The translations under genes were made by a program, and so were the position numbers. Source: Macrostomum lignano (lineage: Eukaryota). Taken from it: DNA of 64,000 bases. The notes beneath the pieces were generated by a model, which made no database searches, was not told where the DNA came from, and saw nothing but the letters and a program-made list of their open reading frames with translations. Below, piece after piece: positions 38,915-50,722 of the stretch (positions within the stretch are counted from its first letter, which is position 1; every line of letters starts with the position of its first letter). The stretch lies in NCBI GenBank assembly GCA_002269645.1, contig NIVC01000272.1, positions 310,001-374,000 on the forward strand, in the 5' to 3' direction.

Positions 38915-39720
38915 CGCCATAATTCTCATTCTGACGCTGTGATTCTCCTTTTGGGGCCATGATTTTCATTTTGTTAAATGATTCCCATTTTGATGCCGTG
39001 ATTCTCATTTTAGGGCCATGAATCTTATTCTGACGCTGTGATTCTCATTTTGGGGTCATTATTCTCATTTTTGGGGCATGATTCTCATTTTAGGGCCATG
39101 ATTCTCATTTTGACGCCGTGATTCTCATTTTGGGGCTATGATTCTCATTTTGGTTCCATGATTCTCATTTTGGTTCCATGATTCTCATTTTGGTTCCATG
39201 ATTCTCATTTTGGTTCTATGATTCTCATTTTGGTTCCATGATTCTCATTTTGGTTGCATGATTCTCGTTTTGGTTCTATGATTCTCATTTTGGCTCCATG
39301 ATTCTCATTTTAACGCTGTGATTCTCATTTTGGGGCTATGATTCTCATTTTGGTTCCATGATTCTCATTTTGGTTCCATGATTCTCGTTTTGGTTCTATG
39401 ATTCTCATTTTGGCTCCATGATTCTCATTTTGGTTCCATGATTCTCATTTTGGTTCCATGATTCTCGTTTTGGTTCTATGATTCTCATTTTGGCTCCATG
39501 ATTCTCATTTTAACGCTGTGATTCTCATTTTGGGGCCATGATTCTCATTTTTACGCCACGATTTTCATTTTGACGCCGTGATTCTCATTTTAGGGCCATG
39601 ATTCTCATTTTAGGGCCATGATTCTCATTTTAGGGCCATGATTCTCATTTTAGGGCCATGATTCTCATTTTAGGGCCATGATTCTCATTTTACGCCGTGA
39701 TTCTCATTTGGGGCCATGAT
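38915..39720. repeat. 20 bp minisatellite (ATGATTCTCATTTTGGTTCC)
   Basis: Tandem copies. Confidence 0.95.
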
Positions 39721-42320
39721 CGAAGTCGAAGGCAGAGCAGAGCATCTGTAATCCTATTGCCATCCGATACAGATACAGGAGTAAAAATGTTGTTTGGTTT
39801 TGGTTGGACAGATAAATGAACATTCTAGCTCGAAGCAGACTTATCCCGAAGCCGAATCTAATTCCTTAGAACCTTGAGCACACGAAAAAAGTATGAATTT
39901 TCACTTATCAGGGTCCGCCACGAAAAGCAGAAGACCAATTTCAAGCACGTCCTATCTTTTACCCGTCCTAGCTTTTCTGCCCTAATAGACGAATTGAAAA
40001 ACGTAGGGTGGAGTCATGTGCACATTTACGAACTCAGCCATCAGCCAACAGACGCAACACCAACCCCAAGCCCCCCCCCACTCGGAAGAGGGGCCGCGGA
40101 AACGAGGCTCTTCGGCCTTGACAAGGTCTTGAAACCCAGAACGGAAGCCTTGGGCCTGTACAGAAAACTGAGCCTCTCTCTTCTCTCTCTCTCCTTGTCT
40201 CCCTCTCCCTCTCGGCCAATCTGGATTGCCCACACATGCCCGGGTGTCCAGCAACCCCTGTGCATGCACAAGCGGCGTTCTATAATATATCAGCACACGC
40301 GCTGCTCGACAGTCTTGTCGTCTCTCCCTCGCCATGGCTTTTACGAGCTAGACGGGCTGGAATTCTTTAAATTCTACGGCTCTGTTTGGTGAGTTTAAAC
40401 GCACAGCTGGTTATCGTTGATGCTTCGGCATTGACAGCAACTAGCGCTATAAATTAAAAACAACATTTCAATTTGTGTGGATTCATTTTAATGTCTTTAA
40501 TTTCATAGATTTATGGATAATAACTTTGCACTAGAACCATTTTTTGTACTGGTAGAGTAATATATTTTTAATTACCTAAGTATAAAAATGACTAGCCTTA
40601 AACTAAAGGCAGTTGTTATTGATACAGTCGATGACCGTATAAATCACAGAATAGTGTTTAATAGTAAAACGGTTATTTTTACGAGACCAAGCTCTGAGTA
40701 AAACAAGTTAAGCACCTTGGGGCCGAAACAAACCACTTTTTACGGTTTTAACGCTAAACTTGCGGGTTACGTTGGTTGAGTTCGAGCGATCGAGCGGGGG
40801 AGGTCAGTTTTTGAGTCTTTCCACTGCACTTCCGCACACATCGGATCGCGCATCCACTCTTCGGTTCCCACGCCCTTCGGGATTGATTGCCAGATTTGGG
40901 TTTGGGGGCTGTGAATTTGTCATATGCTGCTATGGGTCAACTGTTGTTTGCCCGCATTCGGCCTTCTACTATCTTATCTGTCTTATGTGTCTTTCCTCTG
41001 CCTATACTGATAATTCTTTGCTTCGTCCAGCTTAAACGCGTCTCGAAAGAACTTCCTATGCTAGTGAATTTCCGAGCCCTCTATAATTGCCCCCATTTTA
41101 ATACCCTCCTTATCGGTTCTAGCTTAACTCGCAAATTACAACGGAGATAGCGGTTGGCGCACGTGTTCGTCTGATAACACAAAGAAACTGTAAAACAAAA
41201 GCTCAGCTGTTCGAAGACAGGTCTTTTCCAAGATCCGAGGTAGCGCCGCTCGGGACCGAAAATCTTTATCCGCGTTTTTCTCTGGGGCCTTTGATGTAAG
41301 ACTTCTCTCTCGGGCCTCGGTTATGCTTCTCTCTCGTAGTCGTCTAGCGGTCTTGTTGGATTACTTTCGCGTCTTTGAAGCCTAAGAGAGCTTACAACAA
41401 GGAGATCGCTACTTTGGCTGATTCTGACTCGTGCCTGTAGCACAAATAACGAATATGAATCTCTAGATTTATTGGCGAATTGCACAAGGCTTCTAGTTCG
41501 GAAGCTTAACTCTTTCCTTCTAGGTGCCCATTTCGGGGCCGAGGCCGTGTCTATTTTATAGATCATTTGATACACGTCATCCCCCGCCGCTGATTAGCAA
41601 CGGCGGGGTGCCAAAACAGACGCAGCAACATTAGATTAGCGCGTTGCTACGGGGCGAGAGAGATAATCTGCTATCGGTTAATTGGTCGCATCAGGCGATG
41701 GTTAAAGGTCAGTTCAGGGTTCATCGTTCGAGTCGATTCGCACGTCAGACCCCTCGTGCGTCCCTCGGTGAGTCGTCCTCTTATTCCCTGGGGTCGTTCG
41801 TCACCGCTGACCTTGGCCTGTTGACCATTGCTTTATCTCGCCCGCCAGTCGGGCTTTGTGTCGTATTGCTTCTCCTGGCACCGCGCCGACTGGCTCAGCC
41901 TGGTACCTCGGCCGATTTGATATCATCTGGTTTTAGTCTGAAATCTTGGGGGAAAGTCAGAGTTAGTTTCTTATCTATAGCTTGTTTCACTTTCTTGCCG
42001 TTCTTTAATTTCTCTCACTTAGGTGTCTTATCTTTAAATTGAACTTTCGCCCCTTGCTTTTTTTGCTTCTTACTTTGCCCTTTAGCGAACTCTTATTTGT
42101 CCCAACTTTCATAATTTCTAATCCCTATATTATTCCCCCTTTTTGAAATCCTTGTGCAACGAGGATTAATCTCCTGAATCTGAAATAAAATTGCGTAAGA
42201 ATATGAACGATATAGGGTTAGAAATTAAATTTAGCCAAGTGATTAATTAATTATTAAGGTAATAATTGATAGTGCTGTGAAGTATGTCAGTTAGTTAATT
42301 TGTTGCAGCGTCGTCTTCAT

Positions 42321-42644
42321 TCATTCCTCATCCGGGGGCGCTCCGTTGGGGTTTCCCCAGACGAAGCGGCGATGCGTTTGTAGCGTAGGCCAATTGGTAG
42401 CAGGAGTGGGGGCGTAGTCGCCCCCGGGCCACTCACCTCGGGGGAGTTTTATGACGCCCCCTTCGGGGTCCGAAGTCCCCACTGCTACAGAGCGTCCCCC
42501 GTCGAGGTTTTCTGGAGTTACTTGTGTCTGGGCGTCCGCTTTGTAGCATGGTTGCCCCTGTACAGAGACATCTCTGAAGCGGAGGCCTGGTTGCCTTTGA
42601 TATGCATCAAGGGCCGTGTAGGGGCGCCATCCGCGGCCGGCCAT
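42321..42644 (-). CDS. Gypsy accessory ORF107 (unknown function), copy A1
   Basis: Intact 107-aa ATG ORF; homologs at 50723, 55954 and 60146. Confidence 0.8.
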   Translation of the reverse strand: MAGRGWRPYTALDAYQRQPGLRFRDVSVQGQPCYKADAQTQVTPENLDGGRSVAVGTSDPEGGVIKLPRGEWPGGDYAPTPATNWPTLQTHRRFVWGNPNGAPPDEE

Positions 42645-42936
42645 TACGCTGGAATGATTTTTTCTAAGTTAGATTCTGTGTGGCAATGTACAGCCTGAAC
42701 TATTTTAATGTACGCTAGTGGATTTCAGGGGCCTCCGCTGTTGTTGTTTATCGCCCTTTCCCTCTTGGGGGGGGGTTTGGGGTCCGCGGGCCGATCGATT
42801 TTTTATTAGGGGGGGTTCCCTCCACTGTGGCTGGTATAAGTTTTAATTGAGAGGGGGTCCCCGGCGCTGGCAAGTGTTGGATATAGAATTTGACTGCTTA
42901 TACTGTCTACGCTTTTACGGGATTGACGTTGGCACT

Positions 42937-43176
42937 ATGTCGCAGCATGCTGTGGAGCAATTGTCTAGCTTACTCTCAAGGATGGATCGGCGCTTATCGG
43001 CCGTGGAGGAGCACGTGAGGGAGCTATCCCATCAAGCTCTAGCGACGGATTCTGGGCTCCGAGCGCTCCGAGGTGTGCTGGGCGGAGTGGGCGGAAGCGG
43101 ATTTCTCCTGCTCATTGTCTGCGTTTTAATTGTGGCGTTTTGCTGCCGGTACCGCTATCGGCCCCTATCTGCTTAA
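42937..43176 (+). CDS. Antisense 79-aa coiled-coil / GGVGG / TM / Cys-basic small protein, copy A1
   Basis: ATG at 42937; homologs at 51334 and 60796. Confidence 0.8.
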   Translation: MSQHAVEQLSSLLSRMDRRLSAVEEHVRELSHQALATDSGLRALRGVLGGVGGSGFLLLIVCVLIVAFCCRYRYRPLSA

Positions 43177-43509
43177 TATGGGAACCTGCCAGTGAATTAA
43201 GTAACTATTATGCGAAAGGATTGACGAAAACATTTTTTATTGTGGAAATATATAAGCATTTTTAGTATTTGTTCTATTTAACTTTTATTTTTAAAAACTG
43301 CCGTATGCTACAGGTCTAAGCTATGATTTATTATGCGCAGAATCATGCGTGCGAACTAATGTTACTTTATACTACAAGCCATATGCGTGCTACTTTCTGG
43401 TGTTTCTGTCCATCTTTGATAGCACTACTACGTTATACTACTACTGTGTACGAATAATCAAAAATAAATTGTCAGGTGAAGCGTGAATTTGTCCGCTTAA
43501 TTGTTAAAT

Positions 43510-43972
43510 TTGGATTCCACATAGCTCTGATGTACTGGCAGAAGGGATCCTCCTTCTGTGCGTCCTTCAGTGCCTGGAGGCATGGTATTGGATGCTTGAT
43601 TGTGACATAGCTGATTGTCTGCCTCTGGTCTTCGTACAGCCTTGATAATGCATCCGGTACTGCGTGTTTGACCGAATCTCCGGGCACGTACTCAATTTGT
43701 ATCTGAAATTGCTGAAGGTATAGCAGCCATCTGAGAATCTGGTTACTGTGGAGAATTTTCCCGGTGAGCAGTCCTCTAAGCGGGGCGTGGTCTACTCGCA
43801 GTAGCGTGGGTATTTGTGCCGCGTATAGAAACTGTTCGAATGCTTTGAACGCATGGTATACTGCTAGAAGCTCTAAATTAGTGATAGCGGATCTCGTTTC
43901 GGCATCCCGCAGCTGCCTACTGGTGAAAGCTATCGGTCTTTCTTTCCCTTCTTCATCTATCTGTGACAGCAT
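43510..43972 (-). pseudogene. Gypsy pol RNase H fragment
   Basis: RPIAFTSRQL...ELLAVYHAFKAFEQFL...VDHAPL...RWLLYLQQF.IQIEYVPG...DALSR. Confidence 0.92.
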
Positions 43973-44329
43973 GGTTTCCTATATTATTCCCCTTTTTGAA
44001 ATCCTTGTGCAACGAGGATTATTCTCCTGGGTCTGAAATGAAATAGTTATAAATGTAGTTACAAATGTAAGTATAGTGTATGTATAGTGTAGTTATCTTA
44101 TACGACACACTAACCAACACTAGCGCTCTCCTAAAAGAAATATTGAATGCAAAGTCCAATTCTTCCTTAGCCTTGGCCATTTATCTCTGCAAAGTATATT
44201 TGACTGAATTCGCCGCAAGTCCATACGCATTAAAAACGAGTAAGCAAATTACCGCAATCTAATACGCAGATAATTCATCGCGAAAGAACGCAAACGATTG
44301 TAACAGCGCTTAAACAGATTCTCTGCGCC

Positions 44330-44645
44330 ACCACCACTAATCATGCTCGCTAGAAAATCCTTCAAACCACCACCACGATGCAGTTTAAAGTATAAATAAA
44401 CAAAACCCATAATTCACAGTGCAGCCTTGGTTCTTGAATAGCAAAACGCGAATATTCCCCATTTCCCCCTCCACAATTCCATATAAACCGACGTATTAAC
44501 TCACACGGATTTAACCCCAAGGAATCGAAATACCCCCCTTCCTAGAGCCCCTCCTACCCAACATAAAACCCCTCACCCATAACAAAACCCAATGAGAACC
44601 CGGCAAATTTAAAGTATCGGTATTCACGATCAGAAAATAATGCTT
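44330..44645 (-). pseudogene. Adenain-like cysteine protease fragment (Polinton PRO), frameshifted
   Basis: Manual translation: FLIVNTDTLNLPGSHWVLL / YFDSLGLNP / AIQEP...ILYFKLHRGGGLKDFL. Confidence 0.75.
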
Positions 44646-45240
44646 CCATTAAATGCAGTATTTTCGACTACCACCAGCAAAAGACGTGGCACTCCGCTCG
44701 GAAACAGATTTTCGTGCGTATGGCTCAACGACCCTTGCGGCATTGTGAACGTACCCAATGATAAATTGCGATGAGGGTACAAGGCACTATGGGTGTTACA
44801 GTTAAAGAACACGAAGGCACTTGGGTTTATGAATTGAAAGAGGGCGTTGTTTGAGCAGCTCCAAATTGGCATGAGCACGAAGCTCGCCCTTATATTTCTT
44901 TACCCTTAAGGGAATTGAAGTTTCTAGCAAACAAGGTGTACGGTAACATTTTGCCCCTATGGCACGTAGACTACTTTTAGAAGAAAATAAATATATAAAT
45001 AATGCAGCATAGCATGCAGCATATGCAACAATGGGTCTTCAAACCATGTGCATGGGCTCCAATCACACTGGCAGATGGCTGAACATACCGCAAACGAAGC
45101 TCCGCACTCTGAATCTCAACCTCGTAATCCTTTAACACTGCCTCACCAATCTGTGCGGCACTTAACACGAATTTGCTCTTTGCCGGTAGTAGCTTTATCC
45201 GCAAAGGCGTCTTTGACAACAAATACCGTGGCCCTGACAC
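44645..45240 (-). pseudogene. Polinton major capsid protein internal fragment, split by a solo LTR
   Basis: PRYLL...LRIKL...YEVEIQSAELRLRYV.PS..VIGAHAHGLKTH + SALYP...FTMPQG...ENLF...PRLLLVVVENTAFNGS. Confidence 0.8.
44794..45030. mobile_element. 237 bp solo LTR
   Basis: TGTTACA...TGCAACA termini; 5-bp TSD ATGGG (44789-44793, 45031-45035); removing it restores the capsid reading. Confidence 0.9.
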
Positions 45241-45244
45241 GTTC

Positions 45245-45510
45245 ATAACACGGGACACCAGTTTCGCGGCCAAACGTCCCCCCCACTTAGTTGTAGGATC
45301 CGTAGCAATCTCTCGAGCTCTTGCTACGAGTTGTTGATCGGCCTTTTACGCTCTGCCACGTCCGAGTGCTTCTCGTATGCCAGGTCGTGTAAGAGACACA
45401 ACTTATCGAGCCGATTCTTCCCAGTATCGCCCCGCGCCAAACGTTCTCTCAATCTGGTCTCGTGGCCGCAGAATTGGTAACCCCCCGGCAAATGAAGCTC
45501 CCCTGGGAGA
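45245..45510 (-). pseudogene. Parvovirus VP1u-type phospholipase A2 domain protein (Polinton/adintovirus PLA2), frameshifted
   Basis: ELHLPGGYQFCGH.TRLRERLARGD...NRLD..C..HDLAY, then ADQQL after a frameshift. Confidence 0.85.
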
Positions 45511-45699
45511 TGGTAAGCGCACTCGCTTCTTCTTCTGTCGGCCTTGTGTTCCCACCCCACTTAATTGTACTAAAAAAACAAACTGCATTTGCTTATACAC
45601 ACAGCGGTTAAATCCACGAGCAGTATATTGTATTAAAAACCACCACCAATTCCCACCACCGACCGACGGGCTCCGGGCGCGAGCAGCATCAGATGTTAG

Positions 45700-46194
45700 T
45701 GCTGCCCATGCCGCCCGTCTCGCGAACCGCCACCGGCTCCGGTTGTCGTGCCACACCCCCGGCAGCTGGCCCTCGCGAACTCGACCGACTTCTACCGGGG
45801 GCGTGACGCAGCGCTCCAGAATCAGTTGAACCACGCTGGTGGCACACAGTAGATAAACTTTCTCATCTGACGTGTTGTGCAGGATCACGCGGAGTTCCCC
45901 GGTATAGTTCGGGTCAACCACGCCACCGTGCACATTGAGGCCTGGGTTGGCCCAACTGGACCGGCTCGCTATCCGACCATAGGTGCCCGGCGGCAGCATC
46001 ACCCGGAGGCCGGTGCAAATAATGGCTGTGTCAAAGGCCTCCACAGTGCGGTCTTCGCACGTGGCTAGGTCATAGCCCACCGACCCGGCCGTAGCTCGCC
46101 GAGGCATCACTGCCCCGGCATCCGTGAGCACTATGCGCCGCAGGACCGTCGTGCAAGCGTCGGAGCTCATCGTGGCTGCGGGATCATAGTTCAT
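45700..46194 (-). pseudogene. dut: dUTPase with disrupted motif 5
   Basis: AGSVGYDL, TGLRVMLPPGTYGRIASRSS, GVVDPNYTGEL; the C-terminal RGxxGFGS motif is out of frame/degenerate. Confidence 0.88.
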
Positions 46195-46438
46195 CTTATG
46201 CTTAGCAGGACCGTCGTCCTCTAAAATAAGTCTAGTACTACCTTCGTAATCCACGTCCCAATAAAAAAAACTAAGCCTAGTACTAATCCCCTGCACTGCT
46301 ATCATTTGCCTAGAAAAACGAAAAAATACGAAGAGAAAAAAAGAAAGACGGATTCTTGCATATACATTCGATAATTGCGCGCATATATTGTGAGCAGAAA
46401 AACATAAACAGACAGAAAATAAAGACAGAGAAAACAAG

Positions 46439-48022
46439 TCAAGTCAACCGCCAATGACCAAATAGGAGGGATGAGTAGGGATCGTGCCAGGCTCGCTTCG
46501 TTTCGAAAAAGCTAAGCGCCTGCTTGCGCTGCTCAAGAAGATAAATCATCTGTCGTCGCGAGGTAATCGTCCGCATCGTTACAGGCCCCAAAACTCGATC
46601 CTTCAACACACCCAAAAATACATTGTGCTTCATACCTCTTACAATCGACTTCGACACGCCCTTGCAACGCACAATCTGACAGAGGCTTTCCTTTGCATAC
46701 ACCATTGAATAGTTTTTCGGACGTAGAAATGCAAACTCCAACGGTGTACAACCGGAAACTTCATCTTTCCAGGCCATTAACTTCCCTTTATACTTTGTTG
46801 TATAAAGCGGATGAGAAGGTGGATAATTACTAGTGTCTAACACACCGCACTCCACCAAGTCTTTAAATAATGTCTCCTGAGGACTCGTCTCCGGGTCGGC
46901 CATAACCAATGCCAGGATCAAACTATCCGTATCTCCACCAAGCACGCGGGCAGAAGCAAGCGACCGATGGCATTGAATCCTTGAATAGAAAAACTCGTAG
47001 ACAAATGTTTTCGCAAGGTCCAGAATAGCGCTACCAATCAGAATTGGCTTGTTTAGCAATACTCGACGAGGAGTCAAACTCACGCCCGCTAGACGATCTG
47101 TATACAGAATCACGTCCATAAATTCCTCTTTAGCGAAATACGTTTCCAACTTCTCGGCAGTAGTACACATGCGATAGCTGAGTCGGTCTCGAACTCGCTG
47201 CAGAAACTTGCCGTACACAGCATTGTTCAATAGTTTAAAGAAATCTCGATCGAAATCGCTAGTCGCCTCAGACCGCGGACGAATATTATGTTCAATGTAT
47301 TCCTGTAGGATGGGACCTTCTACGAATTCGAGAACACGATTAATACGCGTCACGCACATGCCTAACTCGAGGTAAAGACGCAATGCTCGATGATGTACAA
47401 TGTACCCTGTTTTATGCGTAAAAGAGCCAATTAGTTTCCTTGTCGGAGAAGTGAATCGTTTTACGTCCTCGTATACCTCCGCAGTCCTCTTCCTTGGATC
47501 AAGCTGGCGTTGCAGACAAACCCAATCCTGCTTCATATGCTCGATTAAATAGGCACTATCAATTCTTTCATGGCCAATAGCCAGAGGTAGATCGGCAGTT
47601 GAATCGTGCAAAAACTTTGGGTAGTACAGATCGACATTCAATAACGTCCCTCGTCCATTCGAGCAATAGCTAGACAACCAAGCCAAAAACTTGCTCGACT
47701 TGTTCGGATTTTCCAACTCAGCTGCCTCATCATCAACTGATAGATTTTCAATCACTTTACGGGGCAACCAACGATAGGCCTTATACGGTAGTGCCTGCGC
47801 CATACAACTGGCATAAAGAGAATTAGCATCAAGGTAGGCCAAGTGAGTGCCATACGGTGCATTCCGCCGTAGTTCTCTTAAATCGTCGTCGTCGTCGTCC
47901 AGCCGACGACGGCATTCTTCTACCATTGGATTGTTTGCCGTAGTAAGATGGCGAGTGCCGAAACTGAATCCACCTCGAATCGAAGCTTCAACCTCGGAGT
48001 ACATACGAGCGTCTGTAAACAA
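46439..48022 (-). pseudogene. polB: Family B DNA polymerase of Polinton type, C-terminal half
   Basis: SIRGG, YLDANSLY, FFKLLNNAVYGK, GGDTDSL, KDE and RPKNYS...KGV motifs; truncated at the LTR C terminus at 48024. Confidence 0.93.
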
Positions 48023-48023
48023 C

Positions 48024-49735
48024 TGAAGAGTTGATTCGGGAGGTGATCAGTCTCCCGAAAACTCCCACTTCCAGACACTTAAGCCTGGGAACAAAATAAA
48101 GTGATCACTTACTGTTGCGGGCTCCTCTTCTGTGTAGTGCGGGTTCTCCGAGCTCGTTTCTTCAAATCCTCTTCTTCTCCGGAGGAATCTTCTTGAAGTC
48201 TTGAATCGGCCGAATGAGAGCGTGACGATCAAATCAGGCGACGTCGCAGTATTTCTCGAATGCAAATCAATATAGGCCTTAAGCTCAGTAATCAATATCA
48301 ACGATGCGCCTTGTAATAAAATCTACTTTCTGTAACAACAACGAGGTCCTCCAAGAAGGGCGTCTTCTTCTAGAAATAACGGAATCGGAGTCGTGTGCTC
48401 CTATCGGTTAATCTAGGATAACCAAAATCAATCAATCGATAATCCTCTAGGGGTATCGGAATCGGTCCGCAGATCCTATCCAATCCCTTAGGAAAATGGG
48501 AGGCCTCAAATTCAATGAACTCAGTCAAATCGACTGGACAGTAGCGGCCGGCAATAAATCGCTCTCAAAATCAATAACAAAGGCTCAAGCAACGGCTCAC
48601 CAATTGGTTTACTTTTCTCTCAGAGATGTAGCCTCGCTTAGCTGTTCCAGCAAGCTCCAAGATCTTTAGAGGCTGCTCCGAGTCTGAGATTTTTAGCTCG
48701 GATTTTGGCTTGTATTTATAGGAAAAATTGTTGAGAGACAGCTTATTTTTAGTAGGTGACAGTTTCGCGCTTTGGAAATTTGACCCCTATGGAATACATT
48801 AGCTTTGAGCGCCGATACCATATTCGGAGTTCTAAATTTAAATGTTGCAAAAGATGGTCACTTGTTGTTTTCGTGGTCTTTAAAAATAGAGTATGACAAT
48901 TTGCAATTTTTGTAACATTCGAGTTTTTCGCATCTTCATGTTGCTACTTATAGTAGTCTACTTTGTATCTTATTTGGAGATCTCTACAATATCTCCCTTT
49001 TTTACGAAAAATTCGTCCCGAATTTATCACGGGTGATTTTAGTTGTACATGAAGAATTAAACAGGTCCACGGTTTATAAGAATTTAATACTTATTGTTTA
49101 TTTGCGAAGTTACTGTGTATATGCAGATTAAACATGGTGGCCAGCACGATATAGTGTATTCTGTAACAGCACAGTAATGAGAATAGTGACCGAGCAATAA
49201 GAAAAACAGTAATTTATTGTTTTTATCTACAATCGTGTTGGAGCCTATGGGGTATGGGGACTGGGGTTAGAGATGTTCGGCTAGGAACGGTGGAAGAGTC
49301 TTTGCACCCTGACCGTTAATACTGCTATGGGGTAAATGAGGAATTGGAGTTGGTGGTGGTCGTGGGATTCGGCGGCTTCTAATAGGTGATAGTAGACATC
49401 TTGTGGGGTTAATAGGGTTTCGGTCAGGGTGCAGCGCCGGGCCGTTTGCAGGAGACTCCGCCGTGCTTCATGTAGTTTGGTCGGTAGTGGCCAGTCTTGT
49501 ACGTTGGCGGAGATCTCCAGGGCGGTGAGGGCTTCGAGATCGTGGAGTGTGAGCTCCGGTTGGAAGTCCTCCCGTCGGACGATTTCTGCGGCCGGCGCTT
49601 CCAAGGAATTTGTACAGGTTGGGCAGTATGTTATGCCCCGCCGCCCCAGCCTCTGCAGGCAGCTAAAACAGCTCCAGTGCCTGGAGTTGCACAGCTTTAT
49701 TTGCGGGTCGTCCCCTCAGAGGCTGCATGTAGGTC
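48024..49735 (-). mobile_element. Gypsy-like lineage C, copy 1: RING ORF remnant, PPT, 965 bp LTR (48024-48988)
   Basis: TGTAGAG...CTCTTCA termini on the minus strand; PPT AAAAAAGGGAGA; TATAAATA at 48713-48720; same ends at 56442-56806. Confidence 0.8.
49281..49730 (-). pseudogene. 5'-truncated RING-family accessory gene of lineage C
   Basis: In-frame upstream PQIKLCNSRHWSCFSC...CPTC, plus a C-terminal domain homologous to the ORFs at 57077 and 58016. Confidence 0.8.
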
Positions 49736-50722
49736 TTCTCTCTCGGGCTTCGGTTATGTTCCTCTCTCGTAGGCGTCTAGCGGTCTCGTTGGATTATTCT
49801 GCGTCTTCGAAGCCTAAGGGGAGCCTACAACGAGGAGATCGCTACTTGGCTGATTCTGACTCGTGCCTGTAGCACAAATAACGAAAATGAGTCTCTTTAG
49901 ATTTATTGGCGAATTGCACAAGGCTTCTAGTTGGGAAGCTTAACTCTTTCCTTCTAGGTGCCCATTTCGGGGCCGAGGCCGTGTCTATTTTATAGATCAT
50001 TTGATACACGTCATCCCCCGCCGCTGATTAGCAACGGCGGGGTGCCAAAACAGACGCAGCAACATTAGATTAGCGCGTTGCTACGGGGCGAGAGAGATAA
50101 TCTGCTATCGGTTAATTGGTCGCATCAGGCGATGGTTAAAGGTCAGTTCAGGGTTCATCGTTCGAGTCGATTCGCACGTCAGACCCCTCGTGCGTCCCTC
50201 GGTGAGTCGTCCTCTTATTCCCTGGGGTCGTTCGTCACCGCTGACCTTGGCCTGTTGACCATTGCTTTATCTCGCCCGCCAGTCGGGCTTTGTGTCGTAT
50301 TGCTTCTCCTGGCACCGCGCCGACTGGCTCAGCCTGGTACCTCGGCCGATTTGATATCATCTGGTTTTAGTCTGAAATCTTGGGGGAAAGTCAGAGTTAG
50401 TTTCTTATCTATAGCTTGTTTCACTTTCTTGCCGTTCTTTAATTTCTCTCACTTAGGTGTCTTATCTTTAAATTGAACTTTCGCCCCTTGCTTTTTTTGC
50501 TTCTTACTTTGCCCTTTAGCGAACTCTTATTTGTCCCAACTTTCATAATTTCTAATTCCTATATTATTCCCCCTTTTTTTGAAATCCTTGTGCAACGAGG
50601 ATTAATCTCCTGAATCTGAAATGAAATAGCGCAAGAATATGAACGATATAGGGTTAGAAATTAATATTTGTCACGTAATATCTTGATTTAATGTAGGTTA
50701 TTTAGAATTTAAGTTAGCACGA

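Larger units (their letters stand above)
41275..43975 (-). mobile_element. Ty3/gypsy lineage A, copy 1: RNase H fragment, 3' accessory region, PPT, LTR (~41275-42130)
   Basis: RNase H motifs; PPT AAAAAGGGGGAA; LTR with TATAAAA (41554-41560) and AATAAA (41468-41473) on the minus strand; repeated at 49735-51915. Confidence 0.85.
44100..48023 (-). mobile_element. Compacted Polinton/Maverick (adintovirus-like) remnant
   Basis: polB, dUTPase, PLA2, major capsid and protease fragments in series on one strand. Confidence 0.88.

Noticed and set aside
39874-40392. 172-codon ORF
   Set aside because: TTG start, includes a CT microsatellite, no recognisable family
40614-41179. Possible additional LTR (TGTTA...TAACA)
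   Set aside because: Flanks do not form a TSD, and no PPT or PBS was found
41644-42042. 132-aa ORF identical to 50078-50476
   Set aside because: Non-ATG start, antisense within LTR U3; identity just reflects LTR duplication
42847-42936. 30-aa N-terminal extension of the TM small ORF (also 51244)
   Set aside because: TTG start and no counterpart in the lineage B homolog, which aligns from the ATG
45403-46437. 344-aa ORF as a single protein
   Set aside because: Only the ~46194-45740 part is dUTPase; the rest is non-ATG upstream sequence and read-through after the damaged motif 5
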